A DNA stretch of 64,000 nt. It comes from Thermoleophilia bacterium (GTDB taxonomy: Bacteria; Actinomycetota; Thermoleophilia; Gaiellales; Gaiellaceae). Under the pieces are notes generated by a model. That model had not been told where the DNA came from and ran no database searches. It was given only the letters and a program-made list of their open reading frames with translations. A program made the position numbers and the translations under genes. Positions 53,381 to 63,704 of the stretch are shown piece by piece. Positions within the stretch are counted from its first letter, which is position 1. Each line of letters begins with the position of its first letter. The stretch lies in the NCBI GenBank assembly GCA_017882605.1, contig JADGPE010000002.1, forward strand, positions 9,381 through 73,380. The letters are read 5' to 3'.

Positions 53381-56300
53381 CTATGCCCGTAAGACGGCGC
53401 GGCGCGGCCCCGCGAGGAACCCTGCATCGACGAGCAGCTGCATTGCCTCCGTGTCGACGACCGGCTCGCCGTCGAACCGCTCGACCGCGAGCCGCTTGAG
53501 GCCGCCCGCCCGCACGTGCGCGACGAGCGCAGCAAGCGCCGGGCGCAACCACGCGTCTTCCGGATCGCGCAACGGCACGAGCGAGCGGCCGCCGCGCTCG
53601 ACGTACAGCACCGGCTCGCCGCCGAGTGACACGAGATAGGCGCCCGCGACACGCGCAGCGCGCGCACCCGCCCGACGGGGCCACGGCAGCGCTGCTCCGT
53701 ACGGCTGGGCCGGATCGGCGGCGGCGAGGACGAGCGCGGCGCCGTCTTCGTCTCGATCGCGCAGCTCCCGCAGGCGCTCGACGGCGCCGCCGAGTGCGAA
53801 CTGCGCGCCGCCCAGCCCTTCGACGAAATACCCGCGCCGGCACAGGCCGAGCGTCTCGAGCGCCCGCAATTCGCCGTACACGGCGCCGTAGCCGCCCGGG
53901 ATCCCTTCCGCACGGACACCGTCGCGCGTGACGATTCCCTGCCGCTCGAGCAGCAGCTCGGCGAGCGCGCGGCGGTCCGGCGCGCCCGTGAAGAGACGCT
54001 CCGTGCGCGACCATCGACCGGCGGTCGCCGTCGGCCCCTGCACACGACGTCGCGAGAAGCGCCGCGGGCGCCGCTCGGGTTTCGGTGTGCCGAAGCGGCG
54101 TGCGGCGCGCAACGGCGTCCACGCGTCGTTCGTCACCTCGCCGGCCCAGACGAGGTCCCAGAGCGCAGGCAATGCCACGGCGTCCTCGAGCTCCGTCTCG
54201 ACGAGCAGCTCGTCCCAGAAGAGCGCGCTCTGCAGCGCGTCGCGGATCCTGTCGTGCTCCGCCCCTTCGGGTCTCGGAGCTCCGGGAACCTGGCCGAGCG
54301 CCGACGCGTCCTCGCGGAAGTACAGCGAGACGCGGTCCTGCCCCGCCCCGATCCACACGACCTCGCCGCTCGCGGTGAGCGCATCCAGGTGCTCGGGCCG
54401 GTAGGCGGGCACACGGCGCGGCAGGACCTCCGTCTCCCAGAGTGCGACCGGCAGCGGCAACGCCTGGAGCGGCACAAGCGCTTCACGTAGCGACGCTCGG
54501 CGATCGACACCGTGCCACGACGGCAGGAACCGCGCGAGCGCCTCCTGATCGACCGCCTCGACCTCGCGCCGCAGCGCCGCCAGCGAGGCGCGGCGCAGCC
54601 GCCGCAACACGTCGGGATCACACCACTCACGCTCGGTCCCACCCGGGCGCAACTCACCACGAACGAGTTGCTCGGCGCGCTCGAGCTCGATCAGCACGTT
54701 TGCGACGTCTCGACCGAAGCGCTCGTTCGCCTGACCGGTGGTGAACGGCCCGCGGCCCTTGGCATACCGGAGCACGAGCTGGCGCAGCGACTCCGGCCCG
54801 CCCTCCAGAAACACGTCCGGCAAGCCCGACGGCGACATGACGCCGAGTGCGTCGCGGTAGCGCCCGGCGTCCTCGACGGCGATCAGCCGCTCTTCGCCTG
54901 CGATGCGAACGACGAGCGCGCGCCGCTCCTCGACGAGCGGAGTTGCGAGCGCAGGATCGTATTCACCAGGACGCAGGTCGCCGCGCAGCCGCAGCTTGTC
55001 GTGGAGCTGGTCGGGCGTCTTCGCCTCGCCTTGCAGCTGGCGCTCCACCTCCTCGACCGCGTCGGCGTCGAGCAGGTCGCGCAGCTCCTCCTGGCCGAGC
55101 AGCTCCCGGAGCAGGTCGCGGTCGAGCGAGAGCGCCTGCGCCCGCCGTTCAGCCGGAGGTGTGTCGTCCTCGTACATGTAGGTCGCGATGTAGTCGAAGA
55201 GCAGCGATGCGGAGTAGGGCGAGGCGCTCTGCGTCTCGATCTCGACGAGATCCAGGTCGTGCGTCTTCAGCCCCTGCAGCAGCGTGCGCAGCGCGGGCAG
55301 GTCAAACACGTCCTGCAGGCACTCGCGGTAGGTCTCGAGGATCACCGGGAAGCTGCCGTACTTCCGCGCCACCTGGAGGAGCGATTGCGCCTTCAGGCGT
55401 TGCTGCCAAAGCGGTGTGCGCTCACCCGGGCGCCGGCGCGGGATCAGGAGGGAGCGGCCTGCATTCTCGCGGAAGCGCGCGCCGAAGAGCGCGGTGTCCC
55501 CGACCTCGGCGACGACGAGATCCTCGACCTCGCCGGGGTCGATCATCAGGTCCTCGGTCGGCGGCGGCACATCCGACTCGGGGAAGTGCAGCGCGATGCC
55601 GTCGTCCGACCAGATCGACTGGGCTTCGATGCCGTGCGCCTCGCGCAGCCGGGCCGCGATCGCCATCGCCCACGGCGCATGGACGCGCCCGCCGAACGGC
55701 GAGAGGATGCAGACCCGCCAATCGCCGATCTCGTCTCTGAAGCGCTCGACCACGATCGTCCGGTCGGAGGGAACCGCCCCGGTCGCGCGTTCCTGTTCGC
55801 GCAGGAACGTGAGCAGGTTGTTCGCGGCGCGCTCGTCGAGATGGAACTCACCGCGCAACCGCTCGGTCGCCTTTCGCTCCGAGAGCGCCGACAGCTCTCG
55901 TGACGCCGCTCCGATCTTCTGGCCGAGCTCGTACGGACGCCCGACGCCTTCTCCCTTCCAGAACGGCACGGCGCCGGGCAAGCCCGGCGCGGGCGACACG
56001 AGCACGCGGTCGCGCGTGATCTCCTCGATCCGCCAGGTCGAGGCACCGAGCAGGAAGGTCTGCCCGGCCCGCGCCTCGTAGACCATCTCCTCGTCGAGCT
56101 CGCCGACGCGCCCGCCGCCGTCGGCGAGAAACACACCGAAGAGGCCGCGGTCGGGGATCGTGCCCGCGTTCGTGACGGCAAGCCGTCGCGCGCCGTCGCG
56201 CGCACGGATCATGCCGCCGGTGCGATCCCACACGATGCGCGGCCGCAACTCCGCAAACTCGTCCGACGGATAGCGGCCGGCGAGCATGTCGAGCACATTC

Positions 56301-57655
56301 TCGAGCTGGGCGCGGCTCAGGTCCTTGAACGGGTAGGCCGCCATGACGAGCCGATGCAGGTCGTCGACGGAGATTTCCGAGTCCGCGGCAATCGCCACGA
56401 CCTGTTGTGCGAGGACGTCGAGCGGGTTGCGCGGGATCCGCGTCTCCTCGATCTCGCCCTCACGCATCGCGCGCGCAACGACGGCGGACTCGAGCAGGTC
56501 GGCGCGAAACTTCGGGAAGATCCGCCCCTTGGATGTCGCACCCAGCTCGTGGCCCGCGCGCCCGATCCGTTGCAGGCCGCGTGCGACCGACTTCGGCGAC
56601 TCGACCTGGATCACGAGATCGACGGCGCCCATGTCGATGCCGAGCTCGAGACTCGACGTTGCAACCAGGCACGGGATCCGCCCCGCTTTCAGGTCTTCCT
56701 CGACGATCGTGCGCTGCTCGCGGGCGAGCGACCCGTGGTGCGCGCGGGCGATCTCCTTCTCCGCGAGCTCGTTCAGCCGCAGCGCGAGCCGCTCGGCCAG
56801 CCGGCGGTTGTTGACGAAGACGATCGTCGACCGGTGCTCTTCGACGAGCCGGAGGATCTCGGGGTAGATCGACGGCCAGATCGACTGCGAACCACGCTCG
56901 GTACCGCTGTCCATCTCCTGGCCGTCGGCCGGCACCGGCTGCGACAGGGAGGCCGTCGAACCGAGCTCGCGCATGTCCTCCACGGGAACGACCACCTCCA
57001 GGTCGAGCTCCTTGCGCGTGCCCGCATCGACCAGCGTGATCGGCCGGTTGCCGGAGACAAAACGGCCGATCTCCTCGAGCGGCCGCTGCGTGGCCGACAG
57101 GCCGATCCGCTGGATCGGCCCATCGGCGAGCGCTTGCAGGCGCTCGACGGAGATCGCGAGATGAGCGCCGCGCTTCGAGCCTGCAATCGCGTGCACCTCG
57201 TCGAGGATCAGCGTCTCGACGCCGCGCAGCGACTCCCGCGCCTGGGAGGTGAGCATCAGGTAGAGCGACTCGGGGGTCGTGATCAGGATGTCCGGCGGCT
57301 CCTTCTGCAGCTCGCGGCGTTCCTTCTGCGGGGTGTCGCCGGTGCGCACACCAACCCTCAACTTCGACTCGAGGCCTGCGAGTGGGCCGCGGAGGTTCCG
57401 CTCGATGTCGTAGTTCAGCGCCTTGAGCGGCGAGACGTAGAGAAGCCGCAGGCCCCGGCCCGGCGTGTCGTTCAGGCGGTCGATCGCGGAGAGGAACGCG
57501 GTCAGCGTCTTGCCCGAACCGGTCGGTGCCTGGATCAGGACGTGCTCGCCGCTCGCGATCGCCGGCCAGCCCTGCGTCTGCGCGGGCGTCGGCGCGTCGA
57601 AGGCCTGCTCGAACCAGGCCCGCGTCGCAGGCGAGAAGACGCTCAGCGGGTCCAT
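53381..57655 (-). CDS. lhr: ATP-dependent helicase Lhr (full length with C-terminal domain)
   Basis: APTGSGKT, DEVH, SSLELGID, QRIGRAGH helicase motifs; 1424 aa; start ATG 57655 (MDPLSVFSPATRAWF). Confidence 0.93.
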   Translation of the reverse strand: MDPLSVFSPATRAWFEQAFDAPTPAQTQGWPAIASGEHVLIQAPTGSGKTLTAFLSAIDRLNDTPGRGLRLLYVSPLKALNYDIERNLRGPLAGLESKLRVGVRTGDTPQKERRELQKEPPDILITTPESLYLMLTSQARESLRGVETLILDEVHAIAGSKRGAHLAISVERLQALADGPIQRIGLSATQRPLEEIGRFVSGNRPITLVDAGTRKELDLEVVVPVEDMRELGSTASLSQPVPADGQEMDSGTERGSQSIWPSIYPEILRLVEEHRSTIVFVNNRRLAERLALRLNELAEKEIARAHHGSLAREQRTIVEEDLKAGRIPCLVATSSLELGIDMGAVDLVIQVESPKSVARGLQRIGRAGHELGATSKGRIFPKFRADLLESAVVARAMREGEIEETRIPRNPLDVLAQQVVAIAADSEISVDDLHRLVMAAYPFKDLSRAQLENVLDMLAGRYPSDEFAELRPRIVWDRTGGMIRARDGARRLAVTNAGTIPDRGLFGVFLADGGGRVGELDEEMVYEARAGQTFLLGASTWRIEEITRDRVLVSPAPGLPGAVPFWKGEGVGRPYELGQKIGAASRELSALSERKATERLRGEFHLDERAANNLLTFLREQERATGAVPSDRTIVVERFRDEIGDWRVCILSPFGGRVHAPWAMAIAARLREAHGIEAQSIWSDDGIALHFPESDVPPPTEDLMIDPGEVEDLVVAEVGDTALFGARFRENAGRSLLIPRRRPGERTPLWQQRLKAQSLLQVARKYGSFPVILETYRECLQDVFDLPALRTLLQGLKTHDLDLVEIETQSASPYSASLLFDYIATYMYEDDTPPAERRAQALSLDRDLLRELLGQEELRDLLDADAVEEVERQLQGEAKTPDQLHDKLRLRGDLRPGEYDPALATPLVEERRALVVRIAGEERLIAVEDAGRYRDALGVMSPSGLPDVFLEGGPESLRQLVLRYAKGRGPFTTGQANERFGRDVANVLIELERAEQLVRGELRPGGTEREWCDPDVLRRLRRASLAALRREVEAVDQEALARFLPSWHGVDRRASLREALVPLQALPLPVALWETEVLPRRVPAYRPEHLDALTASGEVVWIGAGQDRVSLYFREDASALGQVPGAPRPEGAEHDRIRDALQSALFWDELLVETELEDAVALPALWDLVWAGEVTNDAWTPLRAARRFGTPKPERRPRRFSRRRVQGPTATAGRWSRTERLFTGAPDRRALAELLLERQGIVTRDGVRAEGIPGGYGAVYGELRALETLGLCRRGYFVEGLGGAQFALGGAVERLRELRDRDEDGAALVLAAADPAQPYGAALPWPRRAGARAARVAGAYLVSLGGEPVLYVERGGRSLVPLRDPEDAWLRPALAALVAHVRAGGLKRLAVERFDGEPVVDTEAMQLLVDAGFLAGPRRAVLRA

Positions 57656-57863
57656 CCGCCAAGCGTACTCGCGCCGCCCCAGCTCAGGTGGTACGCCAGA
57701 AAGGCGAGGACGCGGATGACGCCGGCGACCGCCAGGACGACTTACGAAGCGGTCACTCGCCGCTGCTCGCCAGACACGATCCTTGGCGTGGTCTTGGCCA
57801 TCGGCTAGCTCGCGTTTGTCCTGCCGCTGGGGGGACGAGGCGTAGAACGGAAGCGCATCGAAG

Positions 57864-57883
57864 ATCTCGACCAATCTCGACCA
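57864..57883 (+). repeat. tandem direct repeat ATCTCGACCA x2
   Basis: Two exact adjacent 10-mers immediately upstream of the AAAGGAG SD of the 57895 gene. Confidence 0.6.
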
Positions 57884-57894
57884 AAGGAGCAGAA

Positions 57895-58134
57895 ATGATG
57901 CGCAAGTTCACAGCCTCGGTTCTCGCAACGGCAGTGCTCGCCGGCGGCGCCCTCAGCGGCGCTGCGCTCGCGGCGGCCCCGTCGCCGTCTCACCCGTCGG
58001 CTGACCATGCTGCGTCGGTCGACCGGACATCCGCCAAGCAGCGCGAGAGCATGAAGGATCGGTCCCGACACGAGTCTGCAAGCCGCGATCGCACGTCGCA
58101 TGAGCGTCAGCTCGACACGGCGCGCGACCACTAG
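57895..58134 (+). CDS. small secreted, highly charged protein (79 aa)
   Basis: AAAGGAG SD; signal peptide MMRKFTASVLATAVLAGGALSGAALAAA; charged tail with DRTS repeats. Confidence 0.6.
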   Translation: MMRKFTASVLATAVLAGGALSGAALAAAPSPSHPSADHAASVDRTSAKQRESMKDRSRHESASRDRTSHERQLDTARDH

Positions 58135-58145
58135 GTCATCCGTCC

Positions 58146-58173
58146 GGCGCCGGCGGCCTTTGCCGCCGGCGCC
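58146..58173 (+). terminator. GC hairpin after small secreted-protein gene
   Basis: GGCGCCGGCGGC / loop CTTT / GCCGCCGGCGCC, perfect 12-bp stem; no T tract. Confidence 0.5.
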
Positions 58174-58210
58174 CAACGCCGGGGAAAGGCCCTCCGACTA
58201 GGATCGGGGG

Positions 58211-58750
58211 ATGGCCGCTGCGCTCTGGTTCACCGACGACCCCGAGGCGTGCAAGCTCCTTGCGACCGATCCGTTCGCGTTGCTCGTGGGCTTCGCGATC
58301 GACCAGCAGGTGACCGTGCAGAAGGCGTTCGCCGGCCCCTACGTGCTGAAGCAGCGGGCCGGCACGCTCGAGCCGAAGCAACTCGCAGCGATCGACCTCG
58401 GGCCTTTGTTCGCCGAGAAGCCGGCGATCCACCGCTTTCCCGGCGCGATGGCCGGCCGCGTGCGCGAGCTGGCCGCGGTGGTGACCGAGGAGTACGGCGG
58501 CGACGCTTCGCGCATCTGGTCGGAGGCAACTGACAGCGCGGATCTGAGGAAGCGAATCGGTGCGCTCCCGGGATTCGGCGAGATGAAGATCAAGTCGCTC
58601 GGAGCGGTGCTTGCGAAGCAGTTCGGCGTCAAGGCCGCCCAGGCGATCGCGCCGGACCACCCCACCCTCGGCGATGTCACCTCACCCGAGGAGCTGCAGC
58701 GCTACCAGGAGTGGAAGCGCGCGTACAAGAAGGCGTCGAAAGGTTCCTGA
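58211..58750 (+). CDS. HhH-GPD family base-excision-repair-like protein
   Basis: LVGFAIDQQVTVQKAF and LPGFGEMKIKSL helix-hairpin-helix pattern. Confidence 0.75.
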   Translation: MAAALWFTDDPEACKLLATDPFALLVGFAIDQQVTVQKAFAGPYVLKQRAGTLEPKQLAAIDLGPLFAEKPAIHRFPGAMAGRVRELAAVVTEEYGGDASRIWSEATDSADLRKRIGALPGFGEMKIKSLGAVLAKQFGVKAAQAIAPDHPTLGDVTSPEELQRYQEWKRAYKKASKGS

Positions 58751-58777
58751 GACGCCCGAGCAGTTCTGAGAGCGCGA

Positions 58778-59674
58778 TCACCGCAAGGCCTTCAACGCCG
58801 GCCCGAGCGCCTGTTTCCCGTGCAGGACCGGCTCGAACAGGTCGCCGTGCTTCGCCAGCCGCTCGAGCGCGACCTGCATCGAGAAGTCGCGCGGCCGGAT
58901 GTCCTCGACCAACTCGTCCCAGTGCAGCGGCGTCGAGACCGGCGCGCCCGGCTTCGGCCGCACCGAGTACACCGATGCGATTGTCTTGCCCCACCCGTTC
59001 TGGCGGTGGTCGACCAGCACCCCGGCGCGCTTGCGCTTCAACCACTCGGTTGTCACCTCGCCGGGGTGTTGCTCCTCGAGCTTGCGCGAGAGAAGCTCCG
59101 CGAATTCGTAGGTGTCCTCGAAGGTCGAGCGGCGCACGATCGGGACGAGGATGTGAATCCCGTCCGCACCACTCGTCTTGACGAACGACTCGAGCTCGAG
59201 CGCCTCGAGCGCGGCGCGGACGTAGTGCGCCACGTGCACGCAAAGTTGGAACGCATCGGTCTGTTCCGGAGGATCGAGATCGAACAGCACCCAGTCCGGC
59301 CGGTCTGGCTTGTCGACGCGCGAGTACCACGCGTTCATGTCGATGCAATGCATCTGCACCATCCACAGCAGCGCATCGCGCGAGTCGACGAGCGGGAAGT
59401 CGACGAGCCGCGACTCACCCTTCCCGCCGCGCGGCCAGGTGCGGAACTCGCGGGTCGGGATCCAGTCCGGCATGCCCTTCGGTGCCTGCTTCTGGAAGAA
59501 CGCCTCGCCTTCGAGCCCTTCACGCCACCGCTTCATCGTGAACGGCCGGTCGCGCAGGTGCGGCACGATCGCGTCGGCGACCTTGTCGTAGTACTCGAAC
59601 AGGTCGCCTTTGGTGATCCCCTCGCCGGGGAAGAGCACACGGTCGGCCGAGCTGAGCTTCACCTCGTGACTCAC
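58778..59674 (-). CDS. LigD-type polymerase/primase domain protein (stand-alone PolDom)
   Basis: LSSADRVLFP, DLFEYY, FFQK, LVDFPL, VLFDLDP AEP-primase motifs; GTG 59674 forms GTGA with upstream stop. Confidence 0.88.
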   Translation of the reverse strand: MSHEVKLSSADRVLFPGEGITKGDLFEYYDKVADAIVPHLRDRPFTMKRWREGLEGEAFFQKQAPKGMPDWIPTREFRTWPRGGKGESRLVDFPLVDSRDALLWMVQMHCIDMNAWYSRVDKPDRPDWVLFDLDPPEQTDAFQLCVHVAHYVRAALEALELESFVKTSGADGIHILVPIVRRSTFEDTYEFAELLSRKLEEQHPGEVTTEWLKRKRAGVLVDHRQNGWGKTIASVYSVRPKPGAPVSTPLHWDELVEDIRPRDFSMQVALERLAKHGDLFEPVLHGKQALGPALKALR

Positions 59675-60388
59675 CCCCGAACCGTCCACATGACGTTCGC
59701 ACGGTTTGGAATCGCGTACGTTCCTTCCGGAAGTAGCGCAGCGAGACGCACAAGGGCCGCTTCGCGCTCTTCGTCCGGACGGCTCGCGATCCAACTGACC
59801 GTTCGCGCGTTGTCGAGCAGGCCTGCCCGATCGAGGACGTGGTCGTGCGGCACAGCCGTCTGTTGCACGTCGCCGAACGGCCCGCGGGCGAGCACGTCCT
59901 GCCACGGCGGCGCGTCGTGGAAGGCAGTCACGGAGCGGAGTTCGTCCAGATATGCGATGTACGCCTCCGGGAGCGGGGAACGGCGGTCCTCATCCGGTCC
60001 GTTCCAAACGAGCGCCAGGACTCCGCCGCGCCTCAGTACCCGTGCGATCTCCGCGACCGCTTCGTCGTTCGCAAACCAGTGGAATGCTTGGCCCGCGAAG
60101 ATCCCGTCAACGGACGCAGCCGCCAATGGGATGGCCTCCGCGCTGCCCGCCATGCTCTCGGCGGCAGGCACCACGCGCTCGAGGATCGCACGCATCTTGT
60201 CGAGCGGCTCGACAGCGATCACGCGGCGGTAACGCTCCGCGAGCACGCGCGTCAGCTTTCCCGTGCCTGCTCCGAGATCGAGGACCTCGGCATCGGCTGC
60301 CAGGGGCAAGTCGTCAAGCAGCCGAGGCGGATAGTCCGGGCGAGTGCGCTCGTACTCCTCCGCGGCGCCGTCGAAACTGCGGGACGGC

Positions 60389-60396
<8 letters not shown>
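59671..60396 (-). CDS. class I SAM-dependent methyltransferase
   Basis: VLDLGAGTGKLT motif I, FAGQAFHWF; start TTG 60396 (8-nt overlap) or 60438. Confidence 0.8.
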
Positions 60397-61573
<1,177 letters not shown>

Positions 61574-61615
61574 TCGGTAGTGAAGTGTAGTGCCACTGCT
61601 GCCGATACCTGGGGC

Positions 61616-61711
61616 ATGGTCATCCCCGTTCGCATCCTGACGCTCGTCCTCGCCGCCTTCTGCCTCGGCTCGGCCGCAATGACGCTCGTGCTCGTCGCCG
61701 CACGCGGCTAG
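61616..61711 (+). CDS. candidate 31-aa hydrophobic peptide
   Basis: MVIPVRILTLVLAAFCLGSAAMTLVLVAARG, high GC3; stop shares CTAG with convergent VOC gene; weak SD. Confidence 0.25.
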   Translation: MVIPVRILTLVLAAFCLGSAAMTLVLVAARG

Positions 61712-62448
61712 ACAGCCCGGTCGTGGAAGACGGCTTCGACGTTGTTGGAGTCGGGGTCGAGCAGATAGGCGGCGTAGTACCCGGCGTGGTACTCCGGGCG
61801 TTCGTCCGGCGCACCGTTGTCGCGACCGCCTGAATGGAGGCCGAAGGCATGGAAGTCGCGAACGCGTTCGCGGTCCTCGACGCCGATCGCGAGATGCAAG
61901 TTCTCCGTGGGCGAGCCGGCAATGAGCGAAAAGGTGCCGCTGGTGCTGATCACGTGGAGTCTCTCCCCAAGGTCCCGGGCTCGCACGCCTACGGCCGGCG
62001 CGATCCCGGTGTAGAACCGCTTTGAGGCGGCGAGTTCGGCGACGCGGATCCACAGGTGGTCGATCACGCCCGTGGTGGGAGTTGCTGTGCGGTGGTGAAC
62101 GGCCTCGATGCTGTTTCGATCGTGATCGAGGACGAACGCGCCGTAGTAGTCCGGGCCGTACTCGCACCGGAGGCCCGGTGCGCCGTCGCTTTCGTAGCCC
62201 GCCGCGGTGAGGGCACGCCACCAGTCGTCGACCTGCGCCCGCGAGGCCGCCGCGAAGCCGATGTGGACGCCGTGCGTCGGCGGATGCTCGTCGTCGGCCT
62301 GCGCGATCGAGAAGTCGTTCCACTCGTGGAACGCGTCTCCGTCGAAGCGCTCGCCGTCGAACGACAACAGATCGAAAACTCTAGAGTAGAGCTCGAGGCT
62401 CCTTTCGAGGTCGCTCGTACGAAGCGTCACATGGTCGATCGTCGCCAC
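61708..62448 (-). CDS. two-domain VOC (glyoxalase/bleomycin-resistance/dioxygenase) family protein
   Basis: IDHVTLRTSDLERS and IDHLWIRVAELAAS repeat modules. Confidence 0.85.
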   Translation of the reverse strand: MATIDHVTLRTSDLERSLELYSRVFDLLSFDGERFDGDAFHEWNDFSIAQADDEHPPTHGVHIGFAAASRAQVDDWWRALTAAGYESDGAPGLRCEYGPDYYGAFVLDHDRNSIEAVHHRTATPTTGVIDHLWIRVAELAASKRFYTGIAPAVGVRARDLGERLHVISTSGTFSLIAGSPTENLHLAIGVEDRERVRDFHAFGLHSGGRDNGAPDERPEYHAGYYAAYLLDPDSNNVEAVFHDRAV

Positions 62449-62474
62449 CGGGCGGGACTGTACCCCGGTGTAGC

Positions 62475-63416
62475 TCAGGCGGCTGCGAGCGGCACGTGCG
62501 CCTCGACGCGATCGCGACCACGCCGCTTGGCCCGATACAGAGCGTGGTCAGCCGCTTCGAGCAGATCCGTACGGTCAAAGAGCGCGGGCATCACATGCGC
62601 AACGCCGGCGCTTGCCGTCAGTCTGACCCGACGGCCGGCGACACACACATCGAGGCCGCGAACCGCGGCGAGGAGTTGAGCGGCAAGGACTTCGGGAGTG
62701 CTGGTCCTCGCGAGCACGGCGAACTCGTCGCCGCCGAGCCTCACAGCGAGGTCTCGCTCCCGCGTGCGGCGGCGGAGCATCTTCGCGACTGCCACCAGCA
62801 CCTCGTCACCGGCGAGGTGACCATAGGTGTCGTTGACCTGTTTGAACCGGTCGATGTCGATTGAGATCAGCGAGACCGGCTCACCACCGCGCCCGGCCTC
62901 GACGAGCGCGACCTCGAGCAGGTCTTCGAACGCGCGCCGGTTCGGCAATCCGGTTAGCGGGTCGGTCTGCGCTTGAGCACGGAGCTCGGTCTCTGCTCGA
63001 CGGTGAGAGCTCACGTCCAGACATGCGCCGACCCAGCCGACGAGCTTGCCCTGCACGTCATGGAATGCAGATGCGTAGCCGTCGATCCACACGATGGTTC
63101 CGTCAGGCTGACGAAAGCGATAGGAGATGACCGAATCGCGGGCCTCGGCGGCCGCCTCGGCCCACTCGAGCCCTACGCGTTCGCTGTCATCTGGGTGGAT
63201 CGCTCGCGCCCAGCCATCGCCGAGCGCCTCGTCGACGGTCAATCCCGTCAGCTCGCACCAGCGCCGGTTCACGAATCGACAGGCGCCACGTGTGTCGGAG
63301 AGAAAGACGCCAACCGGTGTGTGCTCTGTGAGCGCTCGGAGCAGATCGTCGGCGGCGCCCCCGTGGGACAGGGATCCAGCAAGTGCGGGGAGCGCGCGTG
63401 AGAGGGAGGTCGCCAT
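62475..63416 (-). CDS. PAS-GGDEF diguanylate cyclase
   Basis: PAS core FVNRRWCELTG, DPLTGLPNRR, I-site RERD five residues before GGDEF; ATG 63416. Confidence 0.88.
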   Translation of the reverse strand: MATSLSRALPALAGSLSHGGAADDLLRALTEHTPVGVFLSDTRGACRFVNRRWCELTGLTVDEALGDGWARAIHPDDSERVGLEWAEAAAEARDSVISYRFRQPDGTIVWIDGYASAFHDVQGKLVGWVGACLDVSSHRRAETELRAQAQTDPLTGLPNRRAFEDLLEVALVEAGRGGEPVSLISIDIDRFKQVNDTYGHLAGDEVLVAVAKMLRRRTRERDLAVRLGGDEFAVLARTSTPEVLAAQLLAAVRGLDVCVAGRRVRLTASAGVAHVMPALFDRTDLLEAADHALYRAKRRGRDRVEAHVPLAAA

Positions 63417-63704
63417 GACCTCAGGTATCGGCCCGCATCGACCAAAGCGCGAGAGGCAACTACGGCCCGCCCCATCGGACCGCCGCGAGCCGGCCCGGAA
63501 CACGCTCCGATTCGAGGCAGGGTTGCACGCCTGCTGAGGGTGGTGCCGGCCTGCCTTAGTGCCAGCCCTGGGCGTACTCCATCCCGAGCAGCTTCGCCTG
63601 GCGTGCACCGGCGGCGGACTCGATCCCCCGTGAACGACCCCTCGGAGGGCTTCGGAGAAGAGCAGCGCGATCGAATTGCTCGAACACGCGTAGATTGGCG
63701 ACCG

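Noticed and set aside
52804-54045. In-frame N-terminal extension of the nei ORF (666 aa in the ORF track)
   Set aside because: Fpg/Nei enzymes need Pro2 as the catalytic residue, and GTG 52803 gives fMet-PEGDT. The upstream part is Arg-rich and is antisense to the plus-strand membrane-protein gene and overlaps the lhr 3-prime end in an alternative frame.
57656-57760. LexA box or mycobacterial RecA-independent (PafBC-type TGTCRGTG-N8-TAnnnT) promoter upstream of lhr
   Set aside because: Only loose resemblances (for example a TACGCT hexamer 3 nt from the ATG); nothing that fits either consensus.
63556-63687. 43-codon minus-strand frame (VFEQFDRAALL...AKLLGMEYAQGWH) in the 288-nt GGDEF/amidohydrolase spacer, considered as a gene remnant
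   Set aside because: Low GC3 relative to real genes here, no SD, and no family I can name. Cannot be supported without a database search.
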